Positions 8,430-15,639 of a stretch of DNA of 49,244 nt are shown one piece after another (within the stretch, counting starts at the first letter, position 1; every line of letters starts with the position of its first letter). The stretch is from an uncultured Planctomycetales bacterium (GTDB lineage: Bacteria > Planctomycetota > Phycisphaerae > UBA1845 > PWPN01): NCBI GenBank assembly GCA_964591605.1, contig CAZQEN010000002.1, positions 6,444 through 55,687 of the forward strand. The letters are read 5' to 3'. A program made the position numbers and the translations under genes. Under the pieces are notes generated by a model, which worked only from the letters and a program-made list of their open reading frames with translations, did no database searches and was not told where the DNA came from.

Positions 8430-10100
8430 TCAGCCCGAACGGCGGGCGCGGGCGGGGCGGGCGCGGGGGGCCATTTCGCAGACGCGGTGCCACATGGCCT
8501 TGGCGCGGTCGATGAGGCCCATGTTTTCGAGGGCCATGGCGAGCATCTCGCGATATTCGGTGTTTTCCGGTCGGCGGGCGGCCGCCTGGCCGAAGTGCTC
8601 GACGGCCAGCTCGAACTGGCGGCGGCTCGCGAAGAGCACGCCGAGGCGATAGTAGAGGTCGACGTACTCGGGATGCAGCTCGAGGGCGCGCTGAAAGGTC
8701 CGGATGGCCTCGTCGGGCCGGCCGGACTCCTGCAGGGCCAGACCCAGCTTGATGAGCGCCTTGGTGTAGGCGGGATTGATGGCGATGGCCGTGCGGAACG
8801 CGGCGATGGCCTCGTCGAGACGGCCGCGCTGGCGCAGAAGCAGGCCGAGGCGGTAGTGGACATCGGCGTGAGCGGGCCGTTCGCGGGAGAGGGCCTGGTG
8901 GTGCTCGATCTGCTGTTCGGCCAGATCCTCGATGCGGACATCGGGCGGGCCGGCGGCTTCAGACGGATCCAGACCCAGCCACGATTCGGACTCCTGGCGG
9001 GCGGCACACTTGAGCTGGAGCCGTGCCACCTCTGAGTAAAGCAGCGTGCTGTTGGGCTCGATGCTGGCGGCCATTTCGAGGCTGGAGGCGGCATCCTGCT
9101 TGCGGCCAGCGGTGTGCTGGGCCACACCCAGGCCGACGTAGGCGGTGAGCAGGCGGTCATTGATCTCGATGGCCTTCGTGAAGCGGGAGGCGGCCTCCAC
9201 GTACTGGCCGGCGCGCAGATGCTGGGTGCCCGCCTTGACGGTCGCTTCGAGGAAGCCCGGGTGCAGCTCGATCGCCTTGAGGTAGTTCTCAAGTGCCGCG
9301 GCGTCGTTGCCGGCGCGGGCGTACAGATCGCCCAGGCGCAGGTAGGTGTCCGCGAAGGTCGGCTGGCGGGCGATCAGGGCGTGCAGTTCCTCGATGGCCT
9401 CGCGCAGGAGGCCTGATTTTTCGAGGGTGTCGGCCAGGTCGCTGCGGGCCTGCCAGTTGTCGGGCTCGATGACCAGGGCCCGCTCGAACTCCCGCACGGC
9501 GGCATCGGCATCACCGCTGCGCAGGTACAGGCCGGCCAGCGTCAGATGCAGGTCCACGTCTTCGGGCTCTTCGACGAGCATCGCGCTGTACTGCTCGATG
9601 GCCTCGGCGGTCTGATCCTGCGAGAGAAACACGGCGGCCAGGCGTTCGCGGGCGGGGCGCAGGTGGACGCAGGCCCGCAGGGCGTGTTGGTAGTGGGTGA
9701 TGGCTTCGCCGGTCCGGGCCTGGCGTTCGTGGCAATAGCCCAGGCCCAGTTGGACGGCGGCGTCGTGCGGCTCGAGGTTGGCGGCCGCGGCGAGCTGCTC
9801 GCAGGCCGGGTCGATCAGACCGAGATCATCCAGACAACAGGCGAGACAGACGCGGGCGACGACGGACTGCGGATAGTGCTCGGTGGCGCGGGTCAGGCGC
9901 ATCCGTGCGATCGCCAGTTCACCGCTCTGCAGGGCGCTGAGGCCGGCCTGGATGAGCGTGTGCTCGTCGGCATCGGAGCCGCAATCGGCCGGGTCGTGCT
10001 CGACGGGATTGACCGATCGGGCCCTGGCCAGGTGCTCGGCGAAGACCGGCGAGAGCGTCCCCGACCAGCCCCGGGCAAGTGCTTCCAGAAGATACGACAT
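8430..10100 (-). CDS. TPR-repeat protein (556 aa)
   Basis: Repeated 34-aa A-x-x-x-Y/F..AL...P patterns throughout. GGGGGGAGAA lies upstream of the ATG. Starts 12 bp downstream of the preceding TPR gene. Confidence 0.85.
   Translation of the reverse strand: MSYLLEALARGWSGTLSPVFAEHLARARSVNPVEHDPADCGSDADEHTLIQAGLSALQSGELAIARMRLTRATEHYPQSVVARVCLACCLDDLGLIDPACEQLAAAANLEPHDAAVQLGLGYCHERQARTGEAITHYQHALRACVHLRPARERLAAVFLSQDQTAEAIEQYSAMLVEEPEDVDLHLTLAGLYLRSGDADAAVREFERALVIEPDNWQARSDLADTLEKSGLLREAIEELHALIARQPTFADTYLRLGDLYARAGNDAAALENYLKAIELHPGFLEATVKAGTQHLRAGQYVEAASRFTKAIEINDRLLTAYVGLGVAQHTAGRKQDAASSLEMAASIEPNSTLLYSEVARLQLKCAARQESESWLGLDPSEAAGPPDVRIEDLAEQQIEHHQALSRERPAHADVHYRLGLLLRQRGRLDEAIAAFRTAIAINPAYTKALIKLGLALQESGRPDEAIRTFQRALELHPEYVDLYYRLGVLFASRRQFELAVEHFGQAAARRPENTEYREMLAMALENMGLIDRAKAMWHRVCEMAPRARPARARRSG
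8467..8577. repeat. copy (B) of the 111-bp repeat; genuine 3' end of the 556-aa TPR gene and right flank of the hicBA module
   Basis: See 7533-7643. Encodes RRPENTEYREMLAMALENMGLIDRAKAMWHRVCEMAP inside the intact ORF. Confidence 0.85.
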
Positions 10101-10112
10101 TTCTCCCCCCGT

Positions 10113-11345
10113 TCAGGCGGCCAGAGAAGCCAGGGCTTCGCGAGCCTCCTGATACTGATCATTCAATTCGAGCGCCCGGCGATAAGCGGTCCGGGCCCGC
10201 TCGATGCTTCCGATGCGCTGGCACAGTCGTCCCATGAGGCAGTGCACATCGGGGTAGTCGGCGCCGGCGCTGATGGCCGCTTCGATGCGATCGACGGCGT
10301 CGGCGGCGCGATCGGTCTGGGCGTAAAGCTGGGCGAGCAGGATCAGGGCGTTGACGTAACGCGGATTGATCTGCAGGGCACGCTCAGCGGCGGCGATGGC
10401 CTGCGTCGAGCAGGCGAGGCGCTGCTGCACCAGGCCGTATCGATACTGGAGATCGGCGTAGCCGGGATGTTTCTCGAGGGTGCGGCGGAGCGTGGCGGAC
10501 AGGGTGAGAAACACCTCCGGATCGGCGGCGGTGGGCGGCAGCGCAACGAAGGCGTCGATAAACTCGGGCTCTTCGAGGATGATGCGGGCGAGCCGGTCGA
10601 GAGCGCGGTGGTCGATCCGGGTGCGGGCGGCCGGGGCGACGCTCAGGATCCGCGCCGCCTCTTCGGGAGCCAGCAGGGTGAGCTGCCAGGCGATCCGGGA
10701 GTTTTCCGGTTCAATCTGGTGGGCCCGTTCCAGGTAGCGCAGGGCCCGCTCGTGACGGCCCTGAATGGCGCAACACTGGGCGAGGCGTTCGAGGGCGCGG
10801 GCATGCGAAGGGTCGCGGGCGATCGCGGCCTCGAAGTGATGCTGGGCCTGACTCAGTTCACCCATGGCGGCGGCGACAATGCCGAGCTGATGGTGGACTT
10901 CCGCATCGCCGGGTCGATGCCGCACGGCCTGGCGGAGCGTGGCGACCGCGCGGAAGGGGTCGCCGGCCTGGTACTGGGCGAGGGCGAGCCGGACCCACGT
11001 TTCGCCCGTCTCGTGTCCCAGCGCGAGAGCCTGCTCGAGCTGATGACTGGCGGCATCGAAGCGTCGCTGGGCCAGATAGCAGTCGGCCAGATAATGAGGC
11101 AGATCGGTCGTGCTCGGGCTGAGTTCGCCGGCGGCGGTGAAGTGCGCGGCGGCCTGGTCGTGCCGGCCGGCCTGGAGAAGCTCGCAGGCCAGACGGTGGT
11201 GCGAGCGGCTCAGGTAATAGCGGGCGAGTGTCGAGGCGGGGTCGCCCTCGCGGGCGGCGGCGGCTTCGAGCAGCGAAACGGCGTCGGCATAGCGCCGCTG
11301 CCCGTAGGCTGCCATTCCCCGTTCGTAGTGCTCGCGCGTCGTCAT
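10113..11345 (-). CDS. TPR-repeat protein (410 aa)
   Basis: The track ORF runs to 11534, but its first 63 aa look non-coding. ATG at 11343-11345 gives MTTREHYERGMAAYGQRRYADAVSLLE..., the start of the first TPR. Confidence 0.8.
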   Translation of the reverse strand: MTTREHYERGMAAYGQRRYADAVSLLEAAAAREGDPASTLARYYLSRSHHRLACELLQAGRHDQAAAHFTAAGELSPSTTDLPHYLADCYLAQRRFDAASHQLEQALALGHETGETWVRLALAQYQAGDPFRAVATLRQAVRHRPGDAEVHHQLGIVAAAMGELSQAQHHFEAAIARDPSHARALERLAQCCAIQGRHERALRYLERAHQIEPENSRIAWQLTLLAPEEAARILSVAPAARTRIDHRALDRLARIILEEPEFIDAFVALPPTAADPEVFLTLSATLRRTLEKHPGYADLQYRYGLVQQRLACSTQAIAAAERALQINPRYVNALILLAQLYAQTDRAADAVDRIEAAISAGADYPDVHCLMGRLCQRIGSIERARTAYRRALELNDQYQEAREALASLAA

Positions 11346-11536
11346 GCGGTTGACGAGGCCGCCGCTTCTGAGAAGCCGCCCCTCCACCGCTGTATCGGCT
11401 GGCGGGTGGCGGGCGATGAGATGGCGCGAGCATACTGAAAACGGGGTTTCGGACCGTCCGCGAAGATGCGGATTTGGGAGGGGCCACACGGGCGTCAGGG
11501 TCGATGACCTGATCGGCGGGGCAGAATGCGGCAACC

Positions 11537-11619
11537 ATCAGAACCCGGGGCGTGAGCGACAGGCCTTGCGTCCATCCGTCCGAGGATCAGGCCCACTCGC
11601 TGACGCTCGGGGTTCTGAT
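11537..11619. repeat. MITE-like palindromic element, minimal copy (83 bp)
   Basis: Left end ATCAGAACCCGGGGCGTGAGCGA. The reverse complement of the right end is ATCAGAACCCCGAGCGTCAGCGA (23-nt TIR, 3 mismatches). Confidence 0.75.
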
Positions 11620-11811
11620 AATGGCCCCGCCCCAGGCGTCACGCCCCCGGGCGGCGTGCAGGCGGGCGTGCATGTATTCGCTTGCAGCGTGTCCGGATAA
11701 ACTGACGCGCCGGGAGGCAGATGCATGCACCAGCGAGTCGAGCGAATCACGGATGGGCTCAGCGTAAGCCGGTGCGGCGGCGGGAGGCCGGCGCGAGCCG
11801 GAACATTCACG

Positions 11812-12834
11812 ATGGTCCGCGCGGGGCTGGTGCAGGCATGGCCGCTGATGGGGTTTGCCCTGCTCGGGGGATGTGGCGAGGGCGGGGGTGGACCGACGAC
11901 GCAGCCGTCTGCGCCAGCTCCGCGATTGATGCAGGGCTACATCGCGTTCGTGGGGGCAGGCGAGACCCATCCGCTCTGGCCCGTCTTGCGGCGCAGCGCT
12001 GAGAACTATTCGGAGAGCGTGGGCACGATCGAGGTCCGCTATCTGAACCCGGCGGGTCGCTCTCCGCAGGATCAGATCAATCTGCTGCGGGGTTTGACGG
12101 ACCCCGCGATGCGCGGGTTGTGCGTACAGGTCGAGGATCCGCTGGCCCTGCCGGGGGTGATTGACGAGATTGAGGACCGCGGGGTGGCGATCGTTCCGAT
12201 GATTCATCCGCTTCCGGGCGAGACCCGGGCGGGGTTTGCCGGGCTCAATAACGAAGAGATGGGTACCCTCCTGGCGGATGCAACGGCCCGTGTGCTGGGC
12301 GGACACGGGAGCATCATGCTCCTGCACGCGGGGGCCGAGCATCCGGTGTACGGCCCGCGGCTGTCGGCCTTCGACGAGGAGATCGAACGGCACCGTCAAA
12401 TCGAGGTGTTCGCCCGGGTGGATTGTCACGGCGACGCGCTACAGGCCCGCCGGCTGATCCGGGAACGGTCGGAGCGGTTTCCGCGCCTGTCAGCGTGGGT
12501 GAGCCTGGGGGAGTGGGCAACGTCGGGGCTGACGTCGGAGCAGGCTCTGGGCCTGCCCGCGGGGTGCCGGCTGATCACCTGCGGGGGAGGGCCCGAACAG
12601 TGGCCGTTGATCCGCAGCGGGCGGTGCCCTGCGGTCGTCGTGGCCGATTACCACCGGGTCGGGGCGAAGGCCCTGCAGTTCGGCGAGACGGCCATTCGCC
12701 GGGCGTCGAGCTTTGAGAGCCGGTACGTGGCGCCGCTCAAGGTGATCGATGCGGCGGGGCTGGACCAGCACATCGCCGACTGGCAACAGTGGCTCGCGAG
12801 CCGGCCGGCGGCGAGTCCGGCGGCCGCGCGATAG
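11812..12834 (+). CDS. periplasmic sugar-binding-type (Peripla_BP / LacI-fold) lipoprotein
   Basis: ATG 11812 gives MVRAGLVQAWPLMGFALLGGCGEGG (lipobox LLGGC). The body follows the ribose/LacI-type binding-protein pattern (GYIAFVGAGETHPLW..., RGLCVQVEDP..., GVAIVPM..., GFAGLNNEEMG). No ABC permease or ATPase is adjacent. Confidence 0.7.
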   Translation: MVRAGLVQAWPLMGFALLGGCGEGGGGPTTQPSAPAPRLMQGYIAFVGAGETHPLWPVLRRSAENYSESVGTIEVRYLNPAGRSPQDQINLLRGLTDPAMRGLCVQVEDPLALPGVIDEIEDRGVAIVPMIHPLPGETRAGFAGLNNEEMGTLLADATARVLGGHGSIMLLHAGAEHPVYGPRLSAFDEEIERHRQIEVFARVDCHGDALQARRLIRERSERFPRLSAWVSLGEWATSGLTSEQALGLPAGCRLITCGGGPEQWPLIRSGRCPAVVVADYHRVGAKALQFGETAIRRASSFESRYVAPLKVIDAAGLDQHIADWQQWLASRPAASPAAAR

Positions 12835-12996
12835 CAGGCGTCTGGCGGCAGGCTGATGGAGCTTTGAACGCACGTGCGGGAGTGCAAAAAGGGTACGGCA
12901 ACCACGTCAAGCCCTCGCTGGCGCTTCGGGCTCTGTTGACGCTGCGGACGATTGGCGCGAGAGGGTGATCGGCGCGGCCAGGGATCGTGATTCGCC

Positions 12997-14493
12997 ATGA
13001 GTGCGCCTGCCACAGCCAGACGGGACGATCCTTCCGGCCGAGGGCTCGGCGAGGCATCGCTTCCAGGCTGGATCGAGCGTTTGTTTGTGCCCCTTCCGAT
13101 CGGGCCGCTCGTGTATTTCCGCGTGGCGTTCGGGGCGATTCTGCTCTGGGAGATTGCCCGCTACTTTGCGTCCGGGTGGATCCGCTCTCACTACCTGACC
13201 GGCCGCTTTGCGTTCAAGTATTACGGGTTCGAGTGGGTGCAGGCCTGGCCGAGAGAGTGGCTGTACGTGCATTTTGCGGTCACCGGCCTGGCGGCGGCGG
13301 GCATTCTGCTGGGAGCGGCCTATCGGCTGTCGGCCATCGTGTTTTTCGCGGGATTCACGTACGTTTTCCTGCTCGACCAGTTGTACTACCTGAATCACCT
13401 CTATCTGGTGTGCCTGCTGGCGTTCCTGCTGATGTTTGTGCCGGCCCACCGGGCGTTTTCGGTCGATGCGCGGCTGCGGCCGGGGTTGCGGGCGAGCCAC
13501 GTACCGGCGTGGACCCTGCACCTGCTGCGGTTTCAGGTCGGCATCGTGTATGTCTTCGGCGGCATTGCCAAACTCAATGCCGACTGGCTCCGCGGCGAGC
13601 CCATCCGGACGTGGCTGAGGAACCGGCCGGAGATGTCTGTGCTCGATCTGGCGCTGAAGACGGAGCCGGCCGTCCGGGTGATCTGCTATGGCGGACTGCT
13701 GCTCGACCTGCTGATCGTGCCCCTGTTGCTGTGGCGGCGGACGCGATGGCCGGCCGCGGCCGCCCTCGTCGTATTCCACCTGTCCAACGCGGCGCTGTTC
13801 CAGATCGGCATCTTTCCCTGGTTCATGCTCGCGACCACGCCGCTGTTCTTTCCGCCCGAGTGGTGGAACCGGCCGGGCGGCAGCGGTGTCCGGCCGGTGG
13901 ACGCCGCTGCCGAGCCGCCGACGGCGGCCCGCGAACGGTCTCACGCGGCACATGACGCGCCTGGCGGCTCGCACCGGCGGGCGATGGTCGCCGGGTGCCT
14001 GGGCGCCTACGTTCTGATTCAGGTTCTCGTTCCTTTGCGGCACTTTCTCTATCCGGGAGTCGTCCACTGGACTGAAGAGGGGCACCGCTTCTCCTGGCAC
14101 ATGAAGCTGCGGGCGAAGAGAGTGCAGTCCGCGGAGTTTCGGGCGTCCGATCCGGATGCCCAGCTCTCGTGGGAAGTTCCCACCGAGCCGTATCTGCCGC
14201 GTCGGCACCTGATGCGGGCGGCGGGGCGGCCGGACATGGTCCAGCAGCTCGCCCGGGCGATCTCGCAGGATCTGCGGGCCCAGGGTCACCCTCACGTCGA
14301 GGTCCGGGTATCGGTGATCGCGGCTCTGAACGATCACCCGCCGCAGGAGCTGATCGATCCGGAGGTGGATCTGGGGCGGACACCGCGGTCGCTGCGGCCG
14401 GCGGGCTGGATTGTGCCGTTGGCGCCCTGCGAACACGCCGAAGCGGAGTTCGAGCCGCCGGAAGAGGACGAACTCGACAGCCCGGAAGAGTAG
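12997..14493 (+). CDS. HTTM-domain membrane protein (vitamin K-dependent gamma-glutamyl carboxylase-like)
   Basis: 498 aa. LVYFRVAFGAILLWE..., YLNHLYLVCLL, FGGIAKLNADWLRGEP and FHLSNAALFQIGIFPWFML are HTTM hallmarks. C-terminal soluble domain with GHRFSWHMKLR. Tail is EAEFEPPEEDELDSPEE. Confidence 0.85.
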   Translation: MSAPATARRDDPSGRGLGEASLPGWIERLFVPLPIGPLVYFRVAFGAILLWEIARYFASGWIRSHYLTGRFAFKYYGFEWVQAWPREWLYVHFAVTGLAAAGILLGAAYRLSAIVFFAGFTYVFLLDQLYYLNHLYLVCLLAFLLMFVPAHRAFSVDARLRPGLRASHVPAWTLHLLRFQVGIVYVFGGIAKLNADWLRGEPIRTWLRNRPEMSVLDLALKTEPAVRVICYGGLLLDLLIVPLLLWRRTRWPAAAALVVFHLSNAALFQIGIFPWFMLATTPLFFPPEWWNRPGGSGVRPVDAAAEPPTAARERSHAAHDAPGGSHRRAMVAGCLGAYVLIQVLVPLRHFLYPGVVHWTEEGHRFSWHMKLRAKRVQSAEFRASDPDAQLSWEVPTEPYLPRRHLMRAAGRPDMVQQLARAISQDLRAQGHPHVEVRVSVIAALNDHPPQELIDPEVDLGRTPRSLRPAGWIVPLAPCEHAEAEFEPPEEDELDSPEE

Positions 14494-14599
14494 CGACGGG
14501 CTCAAACCCGGCGTGAATGACGGGAAGATCACAAACTGAGGGTCAGAGGCGCGATCCACCGCTCGTGCCCTGGGGCGTATCCGGAGTTCAGCGGCAAAC

Positions 14600-14697
14600 C
14601 GGTGGCACGGGCAGCGGGTACGCCGCCCGTGCGAGCCTCCCGACAGGTCCCGTGCCCGGGGGTCGGTGACATGATCGGCGGGATGGGACGCCTCAGT
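14600..14697. repeat. half-copy of the nested-palindrome element seen at 29275-29411 (opposite orientation)
   Basis: GGGTCGGTGACATGATCGGCGGGATGGGA resembles GGGTCCGTGACAGAATCGGCGGGGTGGCA. CGAGCCTCCC plus hairpin CACGGGCAGCGGGTACGCCGCCCGTG resembles the reverse complement of GGGAGGCTCGCACGGGCAGCGT. Confidence 0.5.
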
Positions 14698-14698
14698 G

Positions 14699-14881
14699 AT
14701 CAGAACCCGGAGCGTGAGCGACCCTTGACGCGCCAGGCGGCCTGGCCGCTCTTGAACGCGAATGCGTTCCTGGCGTGTCAAGGGCGACGGGCCTGCCGCT
14801 CGATGAGAGAAGCCCCCCGACGACCGGCAGGGCTCACCTCGATCGCGTGCAAGGCCCCTCACTGACGTTCGGGGTTCTGAT
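14699..14881. repeat. MITE-like palindromic element, composite copy (183 bp) carrying a 63-bp inner palindrome
   Basis: The TIRs are ATCAGAACCCGGAGCGTGAGCGA on the left and TCACTGACGTTCGGGGTTCTGAT on the right. The inner module at 14722-14784 is CCCTTGACGCGCCAGG...GAACGCGAATGCGTTC...CCTGGCGTGTCAAGGG. Confidence 0.8.
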
Positions 14882-15029
14882 CAAGGGCGCCACCCCAAGC
14901 GTCACGGGCCCCGTGCCCGGTCCGATGGGGCCATGGCGGCGCGGCCGGCGGGGTGTTAACTTACATTCACGCGCCGCCGGGTCCGGTCAGGATGCCGGAC
15001 CTCTTGAACACACTGACAGGAGGAATCAC

Positions 15030-15560
15030 ATGCGAATCGCATCCGGGAGCCTGGTGTCGGCCGTCCTGCTGACGGCTCTGGGGGGATGTGCGTCGAACCC
15101 CATCGTGGGGCACGGCGCCGTGCAGACGGGGCGGTATGACGGAGACGTGGGCATTTCGGGCAATGGAACGACGCTGACCATTCAGGCGGGCTCGAACGTC
15201 ACGAAGCTTTCGATCCTGGGAGACGGGTGCAAGGTGACGGTGGAGGACGGGGCGGTCGTCAACAAGATTGAGTTCTGGGGCAACGGGAGCACGGTGAACA
15301 TCCCGGTGGACCTGGAGGTGAAGGTGGCGGCGATGGGCACGAACCAGGTGATCCGGCGTCCGGCGTCCGGCAAGACCACGCCGCGGCAGCCGGGCGGCGG
15401 CCCGAAGGCTCCAGCGCCCAGCGGCAGCGCTGGCCATCGCGCCGGGCCGACGGCGAGCGCTCAACCGATCTCGCCTCCGGCGGGCGGGCCGCCGGATTCG
15501 GCGGGCGGGGCGGGGGCGGGAGCGTCCGCTTCGCGGCCGGCGCAGGGTCTGCCGTATTGA
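15030..15560 (+). CDS. small lipoprotein with G-N-G-x-T-V/I type repeats and a Pro/Gly/Ala-rich tail
   Basis: ATG 15030 follows GGAGGAATCAC. MRIASGSLVSAVLLTALGGCASN (lipobox LGGC). Repeats ISGNGTTLTIQAGSNV / LGDGCKVTVEDGAVV / FWGNGSTVNI resemble DUF3060-like beta-strand repeats (unverified). Confidence 0.65.
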   Translation: MRIASGSLVSAVLLTALGGCASNPIVGHGAVQTGRYDGDVGISGNGTTLTIQAGSNVTKLSILGDGCKVTVEDGAVVNKIEFWGNGSTVNIPVDLEVKVAAMGTNQVIRRPASGKTTPRQPGGGPKAPAPSGSAGHRAGPTASAQPISPPAGGPPDSAGGAGAGASASRPAQGLPY

Positions 15561-15639
15561 GGACCTGCCGCAGGGGGACACCGGGGCGGCTGTACGCGCG
15601 GCAGGCACGGCGCATGCCGGCGCGGGCAAACGGGACCAG

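Noticed and set aside
9546-11438. 630-aa plus-strand ORF
   Set aside because: It is antisense to the two TPR genes, Gly/Ala/Arg-rich, with no domain signature.
12907-14862. 651-aa minus-strand ORF
   Set aside because: It is antisense to the HTTM gene and runs through two repeat elements. Its composition is extremely Arg/Pro-rich.
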